Shown here one piece after another: positions 15,693 to 27,579 of a stretch of 64,000 nucleotides of DNA. Position 1 is the stretch's first letter. Each line of letters starts with the position of its first letter. The notes under the pieces were generated by a model that was not told the DNA's origin, ran no database searches, and was given only the letters and a program-made list of their open reading frames with translations. The position numbers were made by a program, and so were the translations under genes. The stretch comes from the human T2T-CHM13v2.0 reference genome, Homo sapiens: the NCBI RefSeq assembly GCF_009914755.1, contig NC_060927.1; one strand, given 5' to 3'.

Positions 15693-16920
15693 ATAAGGCA
15701 ATAACTAAGACTCTATTAAGCTAATTGGGTTTGTACTCTGTAAATACAGAAATATGGGAAAGGCAAGGGATTTTAGGGGGTCCAAAGTGAATACTGAGAA
15801 ACCAAAAAGAGGATAAGGTGGGCAGATCCATTACTTACAGCTTAAATATGTTAATGGGCAGCAATATGCTGATTTTACATGTATGTGAGTGAACTCTTAT
15901 TAGATATCCCATATTTGGGCCCTGAACTTAAAAGAACTAGTCAGTCTGGCAAAAACAATGAAAAGTAATTTTGGGCCAGAATTTATCATCACAAAGGAAG
16001 AAACCTATATCATTTCTGGTCTAATGTGGATGATGCCATCTTCCAGCCCTTAGTTTTAGATAAAAACAAAACATGAGGGATGGCCAGCAGATAGATGATA
16101 GCAGGAGACGTTGGTTCCATGGGTTAGTTCCAAGCTTCCATGGGGAAGCTTGTGTCAGTATTCTGACTGTGCTTCCATTCATGTAACAGAAGAGAGAGGT
16201 CAGGTTACAATTGAGTTCTTCTTGTGATAAAGACTATGAAAAGAGTGCTAAAGAAGGAGGCTTTTACCCAATCCAGTGACACAGAATTTTATTGCTTGAC
16301 ACAGTTTGCTGAGCAGCCATGAGGCAATTCACAGCCTACTACTTCTGGAAAATAATGAACCATGTGTGGTGTTATATCAAATAAATGGAGTTGGGATTGA
16401 GAGAATGCTTATGATCAGCCAATTGGAAAGATGCGCAAAGTTCAGTTCTAGGTGCCAAGTGATTCAGGAGTAATAAATTACTCCCTAAACAAATTTTAAA
16501 GATGCTAAAGGTGAAGGTTTCTTTTTTTGTTTTGTTTTTCATTTATGGCAATATCATAGTGTTTCCTGATAAAGATCAGATTAAGTGGAAAAGCCAGTTT
16601 TAAACAGAATAGAGAAGAAAGTCATTGAGAAATTAGTCTATGAAGACTGACATTCTCCTGAGGATATTCACTTTGCAATTTCACTTTTACCATTTACCCT
16701 GTTAAGGCTAAGATTTAATTTAAAGAATTTTGTTTAGAGATAAAATAAAACTTCAAAAAAAAAACTACAGAAGTAAAATTATCTTCAAAGACACCCTTCT
16801 GAGTTGATTAGATACTAAAAATGTTTATTTAAGCATTTAATGAACATGTAACTAATGTAGGAACCTTATAAAAATCATCAAAACTTGTTTTGGAGTTATA
16901 AGTTTTTGTAAGTGCTAGTT

Positions 16921-17032
16921 CCTTATGGCATTCTTCCTAAGCAGTTGGGTGAGAGTATAATAACATAGGGTTACTTTCATATGTACATAGGGTTACACTC
17001 TCACCCAACTACTTGAGAAGAATGCTACAAGG
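16921..17032. repeat. Inverted repeat, 40-bp arms (34/40 identical), 32-nt spacer
   Basis: 16921-16960 versus the reverse complement of 16993-17032; all six differences are transitions. Confidence 0.93.
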
Positions 17033-17285
17033 GGGATGGGAGCAGTAGACCACAGGGAATCTGATTTATTTGTCTCTGTAAGTACAAAGTTATACTATTT
17101 TACTGCAGTAAAGGTGTAATCTGAGTAAAAATGTAAAGACTTTAAGTTTCATCAGTAAGTAAGAAGTTCCAGTAATGTAAGATTTTGCAATGGGTCACTT
17201 TGTACTGTGTGCATTTTTTAAACTATATTCAAAGATCCTGAAGCTTCACTGTCCATGACCAATTTTGCTCTTATAATATTTATAA

Positions 17286-17385
17286 ATAAATATCCAGAGG
17301 TGGGATAAATGCATGATATGATAGTTCCATTTTTAATTTTTTGTGAAAATACCCTACTGTTTTCCATAGCAGCTTTATCATTTTG
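17286..17385 (-). mobile_element. Inverted 5' segment of a twin-primed L1M
   Basis: Reverse complement reads caaaatgataaagctgctatggaaaacag...tcccacctctggatattt, the L1 sequence directly upstream of the piece starting at 17745. Confidence 0.75.
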
Positions 17386-17390
17386 AGTTG

Positions 17391-17744
17391 TGATATGGTT
17401 TGGTTGTGTCCCCACCCGAATCTCATATTGAATGCCCATATGTTGTAGGAGGAACATAGTGGGAGGTAACTGAATCATGGGAGCAGCTCTTTCCTGTGCT
17501 GGTCTTGTGATAGTGAATAAGTCTCATAAGATCTGATGGTTTTATAAAGAGGAGTTCCCCTGCACAAGCTCTTTCTTTGCCTGCTGCTATCCATGTAAGA
17601 TATGACTTGCTCCTCCTAGCCTTCTGCCATGATTGTGAGGCCTCTCCAGCCATGTGGAATTGTAAGTCCACTAAGCCTCTTTCTTTTGTAAAGTGCTCAG
17701 TCTTGGGTGTGTCTTTATCAGCAGCATGAAAGCCAACTAATACA
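17391..17744 (+). mobile_element. THE1B-like solo LTR (ERVL-MaLR)
   Basis: tgatatggtttgg...ccccacccgaatctc...ctaataca, 354 bp, perfect 5-bp TSD agttg (17386-17390 and 17745-17749). Confidence 0.93.
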
Positions 17745-18285
17745 AGTTGAAATCAGGATCTTCAGGTGATATTTGCATTTTCAAGTTTATTATGAAACTC
17801 AATAGCCAACATGTGGAAACAAACTAAATAGACAACATGTGGAAACAAACTAAATATCCACTGATAGATAAATGGATAAAAGTAATGTGGTATATATACA
17901 TACAATGGAATACTATTCAGCCTTAAAAGAGGAGATTCTGCAATATGGTACAACATGAATGGATCTTGAGGACACTATGCTAAGTGAAATAAGCCAGGCA
18001 GATGGACAAGTAATGCATGAGTCTACTTATATAAGGTATCTAAAATAATCAAATTTAAAGAATCTGAAAGTGAAATGATGGATGCCAAGGACTAGTGGCA
18101 AGGAGAAATTAAGAGTTACTAACCAATGGGCATAAAGTTTCAGTTGAGCAAGATGAACCAGCTCTAGACATCTGCTGTACAGTACTGTACCTATAGTGAA
18201 GGATAATGTATTGTACACCTAAAAATCTATTGAAAGATATCTCATGTTAAGAGTTCTTATCACAATAAAATGATTTTTAAAAAAT
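17745..18285 (+). mobile_element. L1MB-like 3' end (sense part of twin-primed L1)
   Basis: atggataaa..atgtggtatatatacatacaatggaatactattcagcc...ctcatgttaagagttcttatcacaataaaa. Confidence 0.82.
17801..17856. repeat. 26-bp tandem duplication (aatagMcaacatgtggaaacaaacta x2)
   Basis: 25/26 identity between 17801-17826 and 17827-17852. Confidence 0.95.
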
Positions 18286-18695
18286 TTATGGGATATTTAA
18301 AAGCATACACATCTCATACTGAAAAAAGCAAATGTCAACATTATTAACCAAGGGCTACAAATTTTCAACACATAAATTCACAGCTAAACTTTTAATGGAA
18401 TTTAATGGCAAATTATGACTCAAAATAAAGTTGTTTACTTTCTAAAAAGGCTTATCATTATTTCAGCTAATGTGTATATTAAGCTCAGCGCTGTAGGTCA
18501 GGTCGTGTTCAAAGAATTGATCATTTTACCAAATGCTCTATAATTCTCCAGCCCAGAGTGAAAGTGCATTGCTGACCTCTCTATGAGAAAATGTTTCCCT
18601 GCTAAAAAGCCAGGAATCAGGTTATATCCTGTGGCACAAGGCCCTGAGTTTTCTGTTTATAATGTGAGCCCTCAAATAAAGAGTAAAAATGGGTC

Positions 18696-18998
18696 TTTTT
18701 TTTTTTTTTTTTTTTTTGAGACACAGTCTCACTCTGTCACCCAGGCTGGAGAGCAGTGGTGCAATCCCAGCTGACTGCAACCTCTGCCTCCTGGGTTCAA
18801 GCAATTCTCCACCTCAGCCTCCCAATTAGCTGGGATTACAGGTGCCCACCACCACGCATGGCTAATTTTTGTATTTTTAGGAGAGACGGGGTTTCACCAT
18901 GTTGGCCAGGCTCGTCTCAAATTCCTGACCTCAAGTGATCTGCCTGCCTCAGCCTCCCAAAGTGCTGGAATTACAGGTGTGAGTCACCACACCCAGCC
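18696..18998 (-). mobile_element. AluS-like SINE
   Basis: T-tail, full dimer, TSD core atgggtc on both sides. Confidence 0.94.
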
Positions 18999-19406
18999 AG
19001 GATGGGTCCTTTAAAACATATGAAGGAGCCATCAGGGGAGAGGTATGACAGGGTCATCTCTAAGTGGTAAAGAGAGTAATGGGAAGAGGAGAAATAATAA
19101 ATTTCAATGAACTGTGACTAAACCTATTTTAAAAGTCTTAGAAGGACTGGAAGTTAACGAAATAACCACCCTCTCCAAGAAATACTAATTGGACTTTAAA
19201 ATGATACTTTGGGTTATCTATTAATTCAATAAACATTATTAAGAACTCAGTATGTACATAACACTACACTGGATACATTGCGGACGGATGGACCAAAAAG
19301 AGAGGACATTGTCCTTATTCTCAAAATGCTTATGAAATGTGCCATCATAATAAGGAAAACGAAATAAATAAACAAACAAATAAAGGAATAAGTTGCTGAA
19401 GTGTGC

Positions 19407-19845
19407 TGTGGTCAACTGTGAGATGCTCTTCAATATTCATTCTTCCTTCCATCTATGATGAAATCTTAGCTGGTCTTTGGTCACTCAGGTAGGACCCTAT
19501 CTTCCTGTGTTGTTTGCAGTTGGGTATAAACATGAGACCGATTTCTGGCTAATTCCATGTGAGTGCAAGTGATACCTGCCACTTCCAACTTTGCTTTTTA
19601 AAGTATTGAGCACTCACTGCCTTAGGACCTTTTTTTTTTGGCCCGCTGCTGCAAGAAGAAGAGAAAGAAAAGAGCTGCCTAGGTCCCAGAGGTGGAGGCC
19701 GCTTATTGAAAATGCAAAACTATCTTCATCAAGACCACCTACTTCTGAACCTTTACTTGAGAGAAATGAACTTCTATTGCATTTCAGCCACTGGTTTTTG
19801 TCTGTCTGATTTTCTGACATATTTGTTGCAGAATCTTACCCTAAA
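19407..19845 (+). mobile_element. Old MLT1 (J/K-like) MaLR LTR
   Basis: ttgcagttgggtataaacatgagaccgatttctggctaat...gtgagtgcaagtgat...acttgagagaaatgaacttctattg. Confidence 0.55.
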
Positions 19846-20069
19846 CTTTAATTAGCTGCCAAGCAATCAGAGAGATGCATTTAATTAGAGAAGACTCCTT
19901 GAGTTGATTTTGAGGGAGATAGGGATGAATTGCCCAAAGTTGGGTATGGTTGTACAATGGCACAATAATCAGGATACACCATGGTAGGCGGGGATAAGGG
20001 AGTTGATTAAAGCAAAACAGAGGCACGAAGAAATTGGCAGTGAATAACATGCTTAGATGATTGTAGAAG

Positions 20070-20660
20070 CACAATTATTCACCATTGTAAAGGATTCCAA
20101 GGTCATGTGGTCTATTTCCCTTACCTACACATTAATATTGTTTACCAAATTTGGAGTAAGTAATCATGCAACAGCTCCTTGAACAGAAAAGTCATTGTAT
20201 CACAAAGGTGCACATTAGCTTTTTATATAGCTCTAAACATTAAGCAATATTTTTAGATGAATCTGAAATCCACCTATCCATAGTTTCCAGTGTGATTCAT
20301 GATTTCATGAATCACTTTATTCATGAAAGTGACAGAAAACTAAGTTTAAGCCTCTTATTATGTGATATCCCTTTAATTTAAATTCTAGTCATGTCTTCTT
20401 TTAACCTTTTTATTTTCCAATAAAGTTCCTCAAGGTTTTTCACTTGTCCCTCATCTCCCATGACTTCCAGACCCATCGCTGTCTGGACCACTCTGTAACG
20501 GATCCTCTTTGGTCTGTTGACATTCTTTAGGTGCCAGAATTGAACACGCTACCCTAGGTATGCTCTGATAAGGACAGAGAAGAAAAATGGCATTAATTGT
20601 CCTTGTTCTGAGCAGTGTACATCTTGTAATTGATCAAATTAGTCTATTTTTCCTGAAAGT
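20070..20660 (-). mobile_element. CR1/L3 LINE fragment (ancient)
   Basis: ggtcatgtggtcta... and gtgccagaattgaacacgctaccctaggtatgctctga resemble L3. Confidence 0.45.
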
Positions 20661-21789
20661 ACTGCTACTCTTACATGTAAAATGTAAAAAGTGCATTTAC
20701 TCTTAACATCTTGTATGATGGTATGGGCATGGGAGGATCCAGAAGCAAAGAATGAGAAAAAAAAAAAGATTTTTGTAATAATATAATGCATGAAGTGAAT
20801 AGGAAGTGGGAGACACAAAAAAACTGTTTAGGAAAAAAAACTAGCAGGCACAGTAATGAATTAGATGTGAATAGTGAAAAAAAATCAACATCTTCACTGA
20901 AATAATTATGAGTTTAAAACAGGAGATTAAGGAAGAAGTGTTGGAAAGGTAGTATTAAAAAGGGGTGGAAATTCTTGCAGTTCTGTTGAAATATTCACAG
21001 CTAGTTTCTGCTTTACTTGATGGGGAAAGGAGAGAAATAAACTACTTTGGAAATAGATCGTGTTCAGATGCAAAATGGAACAGGAAGAGGAATGCCTGTT
21101 CTTATGTACTGTTCAGAACCATGATGGAAGAAGAACAGATGGTTTAGTGGTTAAGATAAGCACTTAAAGTGAGGCTGTTCTTATTCTAAGCTTATTCCAA
21201 ACACCCAAGTTTCTTGACATTGGAAATATCACAATCGGGAAGCTTTCAAATGAATTTCTGGCACATTCTGAGGCAGTTGTATTCTCCAAAGGCTGTTTTA
21301 ATTAAGACTCGGGAGATTAATTCTCACTGCTGGTGGCTGTTCTGGTACGAGCCCCCACCTTCACCAAACAGGTAAATTCATGCAGGTAATTGAGCCAAAA
21401 CACTTTAATATCAAGTCTCAAGGATTTATGGCGTTTTCATCACCAAGCCTGTAGAGCTCAAGGAATCATGCTTGAAAACGCAAAAGCTAACCATCCACAA
21501 ACTAAAGAAACTGAAGACACATTCACGTTATAGAAGAGTGACTGGCAACATAAAATAACATATATCTGGACTCAAATTCTAGCTTTTCTAACAATGGCTA
21601 ACTTTGAACAAGTTATTTAATTATCTGAGATCCAGTTTCATGGTTTGTTTACAAATGCACGCATTCTTGCATTCATTTCTTCCAAATTAACCAAGTGCCT
21701 CCTATGTTCTGCACAGATATTAAAACATAGTCTCTGCCTCGAGGCATTTTACAGGCTTGTGAGAAGAAGAACATTGGATTGCAGTTTTC

Positions 21790-22010
21790 TCTTCACTTAT
21801 TGTAAAGTGTTCCCATGTGCCAATTACTGTGCTAAACATTTTGCACAGTATTTGCTTATTTATTTCACACAAAGGTTCTATGGAGATATTAGTGTCTTCA
21901 ACTATGAATGAGAAACTGAGAATTTGAAAAATTAAGTAATTTGCCCAGGTTAATGTTTAAAATCAGGTAGTTTTGATCCTGACACTTTTGTTCCCCATCT
22001 CTGTAGCACA
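21790..22010 (-). mobile_element. MIR SINE
   Basis: atgtgccaattactgtgctaaacattttgca...atgagaaactgagaatttgaaaaattaagtaatttgcccagg (MIR core). Confidence 0.7.
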
Positions 22011-22830
22011 CTGCTTATATATGCATAACTGCTGAGGTAGGAGGTGTAGAGGGGACCATGAGAACCCTTGAGGGGCTCCTACCTCAGGCCATAACCCAGG
22101 GAGTCCTTTGTAAAATTTGAGGAAGGCTTTTATTCCCACTGTGGTTCAGGTGAAAAGAACCACATTTTTAAACTTGGTATAAAGCATGTCTAGTCTTAAA
22201 CTTTTTCAGCATGTGAAGTTGCTACTGAGCAGTCTGTTGATACCGAAAAAAATGGGCGCTGTGGATCCGTGGTCTTGGTACTCAGGAATGAAAGACAATT
22301 CCGAAGAGTTCGGGTGGGAGAATTAAAGAGAAGGAGTGGGAGTTGTCCTTCCATGCTGTAATTTTCCAAGAAGAGTAAGGCCCATTAGATATTTGGAAAG
22401 TCAGACTTACCTACTAGATTTAGGAGAAAGAAGATGCAAACTAATGATGTAATCAATCTCAGAAGGAAATAAAATGGATCAATTATCAACATTCTACCTA
22501 TGTATACTACCTGTGATTTGCAATAAATTGTGACAGGCTTTATCTGATGAATTCTGTTTTAGAAAGTACAGCAACACTGGGTTTTTTTCCTGGTTATTTG
22601 TCACCAGACTATATTCACAAATTTGCTGTGTAACTTAAACCACTCCTCGCCACCACTGAATTTCCATTTTCCCCTCCCACAACCTGTCAACAGTTTTAAT
22701 ATAGATTTGTCAAATTCACTTCCCAGTGTACAACATTGATGACTTCTTTGTGCCCAGCAATAATGTACGGAGTTCACTGATAACCTTACATTACCAGGTG
22801 TTTCTCTACTAAATGGACTACCTCTCCCTT

Positions 22831-23007
22831 TTATTTTTTTGAGCTGACAGTGTCACTGTATTGCCCAGGATGGAGTTCAGTGGCTATTCACAGGCATGAT
22901 CACAGCACACTGAAGCCTCAAATTCCTGGGCTGAAGTGAACCTCCTGATCCTTCCACCTCAGTCTCCCAAGTAGCTAGGACTGAAGTTGCATACCACCGT
23001 GCTGGGC
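22831..23007 (-). mobile_element. FAM-like fossil Alu monomer
   Basis: Single monomer that keeps the 7SL-derived gtggctattcacaggcatgatc segment absent from dimeric Alus. Confidence 0.8.
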
Positions 23008-23132
23008 TGCTTTCATTTTTAATGCCATGAAATCAGTCCTTAGCTTTTCAACTTACTCTGAGTGGGTTCAAATTTTCTATTGGTAACAATGTATGCCTCT
23101 GCTTTTGAACCCAAGTACAAAAGAACCATATA

Positions 23133-23770
23133 CTTTTTCTACTTCATTGTGGTAAGAACACTTAACATGAGATCCATTCTCTTAACAAATTTTAAGTGTA
23201 CATTATTGCTTACTATAAGTACCATATCATATAGTACAATACAGATCTCTAAAGCTTATTAATCTTGCTTAACTGACACTTTATGCACATTGATTAGTAA
23301 TTCCCCATTTTCCCCTGCTTCTGATCCCTAGCAACAACCACCCTTTGATTCTGTGAATTTGATTATTTTAGATACCTCAAATAAATGAATCATGTAGTAT
23401 TTGTCTCTCTGTGACTGGCTTATTTCACTTAGCATAATATCATCAAGGCCCATCTATGTTGTACCATATTGTGGAATCTCCTTTTTAAAGGCTGAATAGT
23501 ATTCCATTGTATGTGTATATGCCAAACTGTCTTTATCTGTTTATCTGTTAATGGACATTTAGTTTGTTTCTACAGCTTGGGTATTGTGAATAGTGCTGCA
23601 ATGAACATCGGAGTGCTAACTAGTATCTCTTTGAGATCTTGATTTTACTTATTTTGGATACATACCTATAATTCAATTTCTGGATCATATGGTAGTTCCA
23701 TTTTTAATTTTTTGAATTACCTCCGTACTGGTTTTCATAGTGGCTACACCATTTTGCATTCCCACCAACA
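23133..23770 (-). mobile_element. L1MA/MB 3' end (non-inverted part of twin-primed L1)
   Basis: ttgtggtaagaacacttaacatgagatc...ggctgaatagtattccattgt...cattttgcattcccaccaaca. Confidence 0.85.
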
Positions 23771-23774
23771 CCTT

Positions 23775-24378
23775 ACCAAGAATCCAGACAACAAAAACAA
23801 AAGTAAGGAAGTGGGACTACATCAAACTAAAAACCTTCTGCACAGCAAAGGAAATAATCAATGACGTGAAAAGGCGACCTATGGATTGGAAGAAAATATT
23901 TGTAAACCATATACCTGATAAGGGGATAATATCCAAAATATATAAGAAACTAATACAAATAACTCAAAAAAATAAACTAATATTACAAATAAGCTAGGTA
24001 TCTGAAGAGACATTTCTCCAAATAGGACATAAAAATGACATATATATAATCTTTAATTACCAGAGAAATGCAAATCAAAATCACAATGAGCCGGGGACAG
24101 TTGCTCACATCTATAATCCCAGCACTTTGAGAGGCCAAAATGGGTGGATCACCTGAGGTCAGGAGTTTGAGACCAGCCTGGGGAAAATGGTGAAGTCCTG
24201 TCTGTACTAAAAATACAAAAATTAGCCAGTGTGGTGGCACATGCCAGTAGTCCCAGCTATTCGGAGCTACTTGTGAGGCTGAGCCAGGAGATCACTTGAA
24301 CCCAGGAGGCAGAGGTTACAGTGAGCTGAGACTGTGCCACTGCACTCCTGCCTGGGTGACAGAGTGAGACTCCATCTC

Positions 24379-24422
<44 letters not shown>

Positions 24423-24500
24423 GAGATATCACCTCACACCTCTCAAAATAACTATTATAAAAAAACAGAAGATAAGGGTTGGTGAGGATGTGGAGAAACT
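23775..24500 (+). mobile_element. Inverted ORF2 segment of the same L1, interrupted by an Alu
   Basis: Translates KWDYIKLKTFCTAKEI..; ends gtggagaaact, just upstream in L1 coordinates of where the minus piece stops. Confidence 0.82.
24089..24420 (+). mobile_element. AluS-like SINE with tail converted to (CA)n
   Basis: Full dimer; (CA)n at 24383-24420; TSD remnant cacaatgag on both sides. Confidence 0.92.
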
Positions 24501-24555
24501 ATAACTACATTATTTTAATAAAGTATCTTGCCATTTTGCCTTGTCATTTGCATAT

Positions 24556-24556
<1 letters not shown>

Positions 24557-24595
<39 letters not shown>
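24557..24595. repeat. (CA)n microsatellite
   Basis: Directly visible. Confidence 0.96.
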
Positions 24596-24599
<4 letters not shown>

Positions 24600-25072
24600 A
24601 TACTTCTAAAAGGAACAAAGTACCAAAGGAAGAGTGGCACTTGGCTGGGGCAGCTGAAGTTAGAAAAGAAACCATAAGTGGAAAAATGTTTAATAGAGGA
24701 TAATTTAACAGTCATTGGAAAAGTGACTATTGGGACTTAGGGACATTTTGAGTTGCCAAGCATTGGAGATGGCACATAGTTTGCAATATCAATTTCTTAT
24801 TCCTTTCAGGTGTCAGGATTTGTTGTATGATGGAGCAATCATTACGGATTCTCGAGCATCATACATTTAAGAGTTTTAGGATCAAACTGGAATGGAAGAA
24901 TGAGATAAGGGATTTGGGGGCCACTTATCTACTACTGTAATCAAGCACGGTGGATAGGAGAACAATGTTGACATGGCCAGAATAAGCAGCCATTCTGTAG
25001 TCAAAAGAACATTAAGTCAGATTCAGGAAGCATGGTTCCAGTCTTGGTTCTGAGACTAAGAAAAGGGGAAGC

Positions 25073-25350
25073 GGCTGGGCGCAGTGGCTCACGCCTGTAA
25101 TCCCAGCACTTTGGGAGGCCGGGGCAGGCGGATCACGAGGTCAGGAGATCGAGACCATCCTGGCTAACACGGTGAAACCCCATCTCTACTAAAAATACAA
25201 AAATTAGCCCGGCGTGGTGGCGGGCGCCTGTAGTCCCAGCTACTTGCGAGGGTGAGGCTGGAGAATGGCGTGAAGCCGGGAGGTGCAGCTTGCAGTGAGC
25301 CAAGTGTGCCACTGCACTCCAGCCTGTGTGACAGAGCGAGACTCTGTCTC

Positions 25351-25379
<29 letters not shown>
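25073..25379 (+). mobile_element. AluY SINE
   Basis: gagatcgagaccatcctggctaacacggtg; A29 tail; TSD aagaaaaggggaagc / aaggaaaggggcagc. Confidence 0.96.
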
Positions 25380-25381
<2 letters not shown>

Positions 25382-25399
25382 AAAGGGGCAGCAATATAT

Positions 25400-25625
25400 A
25401 TAACCGAAACATTTATTTAAAATATACAAACTACTTGTTTACATATACTGCTTCATTTTATCTTAAAATTTGCCTAGAGAAAAATGCAATTAACCCCATT
25501 TTGTATACAAGAAAATTGAGACTCTGCAAGTTAACTCTTGCCCAAGTTAACACACATGATGAACTAATGGAGGCAAGTGGTGAACCAAGAACCTCAGGAT
25601 TCCAAGCTATAGCCTTGTCCACTCT
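25400..25625 (-). mobile_element. MIR SINE
   Basis: ccccattttgtatacaagaaaattgagactctgcaagttaactcttgcccaag. Confidence 0.6.
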
Positions 25626-25634
25626 CCCATCCCA

Positions 25635-25665
25635 GCTCTGAACTAGCTACGCTCTGAACTAGCTA
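25635..25665. repeat. 16-bp-period tandem duplication (gctctgaactagcta x2)
   Basis: Exact 15-mer repeated with a 1-nt spacer. Confidence 0.9.
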
Positions 25666-26051
25666 GGGAAGTCATTCAGCCATTCCACTTGTATGAGCCT
25701 CCACTCATTTGTCTGTAAAGTGAGATAGATTGTCTAGATCAGTGATTTCCAAAGACATGTGTTTGTGTACATGCCTGTGTGTGTCCTTCTAGACAGAAAA
25801 ATCTAGAAAAGTCTCTCTGTTTGTGTGAGAAAGGCAGAACCTTCATGAACACAGATTCTTACACATACCATTGATATATGCAATATATTCTGGCAGAGCT
25901 GTTCTGATTAACGCACCAGTGAAGATCCTGGTGTCTCACTACTTCCATCCTCACTCTCGCCCTGGAGAGATGCGAAGGAACACTTACAATTAACTTTACA
26001 GAGAACAGATTGAAAACCTCTATGTGCAACATTCTGTGTGATCCTAAAAAG

Positions 26052-26053
<2 letters not shown>

Positions 26054-26093
<40 letters not shown>
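26054..26093. repeat. (TG)n microsatellite
   Basis: Directly visible. Confidence 0.96.
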
Positions 26094-26095
<2 letters not shown>

Positions 26096-26876
26096 GTGAG
26101 GGGTGGCAAACACATTGTCCTGATCTTTTTCTGTTTATTCTTCTCAAAAGACTTTTTGGCCACATGGGGATTTATTCAAAGGACAATTATGAAGCATCTC
26201 TTATGAGCTGGTTCTGAGAAGCCATTCCCACTCCATTGGACTCACCTCCATTCTCCATCACTTGATATTGGTGGCTGCTTCTCTTTCTAGGAGTAAGATC
26301 CCTAAAGATGGGGTTATACAAGCCTACTGATCCGGGTTCTAATCCTCCTCCAACACTAACAAATTGAGATCTTGAGAACCATGTTAACTCTCTGGGCGTG
26401 GTTCTTCATGTGTAAAAGGAGGGGGATTCCTAAGACTTCTGGCTCACATATCCTATGATGTTATCCCTATTTTATGACTTCAAAAAAAAAAAAAACCAAA
26501 TCAATTAGATACTTTTTTTTTAATGCCCACAGTGCTGCATCCTATGGGTTGACAGTTGCTTGCCATGGATGAAGCTGCTTTTTAATAACTACTTACTTGG
26601 TGCTCATTTTAAACTTTTAAAAAATGTCCCCTTCAGGGCATGAACACATTTTTATATCTACCGATTTAAATGTGAGGTAGGAAAAAGGCTTAAACTCATA
26701 ATTTTCCATCCTACTTTTGTTCGTTGGACTTTCAGTCTGGGTGTGAAGTCCGTAAAATAAGAGCTATGTTTGAGAGTTTTGTTCTGTGAACAGAAAGTAT
26801 AGGCTGGGGCATGGGAAAGGAAGAGAGGAAAAGTCAACATGTACCATTTTATAGAAGCCAGGAGTGGGCTCTCTGA

Positions 26877-27241
<365 letters not shown>

Positions 27242-27579
27242 TCAAAATACATAAACTGCACAAAGGGTGTAAAGTATTCTCTAGTGTAATAGACACAATG
27301 CCAAGAAAGCAAATTAAGGAAGTTTTAGCCCAGATGCATTTTTAAGCGTTTGCTTAACAGATAAAAAATACTTAAGAGGTTGAGACTAAAGAATACAGAT
27401 ATAATTTGGTGACATGGTAACAGTATATGACACTTTGAATAAGTAATAGAAATTCCAAAATCAGAATGACATTTCTAGAAATACTAGCTAAGAAAAGACA
27501 AAAGTAATTGTATTTAGTTCCTTATCAAATATTTATTGAGCACTTACACTATACCAGGAACTGTTTTAACCAGTCAAAA

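Noticed and set aside
17801-17856. Direct repeats as a possible CRISPR-like array
   Set aside because: Two adjacent copies with no spacer inside an L1; a simple tandem duplication in eukaryotic DNA.
22210-22360. CpG-containing segment after ctttttcag that looks like an exon
   Set aside because: Open frames are under 50 codons, resemble no protein I recognise, and there is no convincing donor.
24479-26165. ORFs with THTHTH or CVCVCV runs (also 52689-53015)
   Set aside because: Translations of CA/TG microsatellites.
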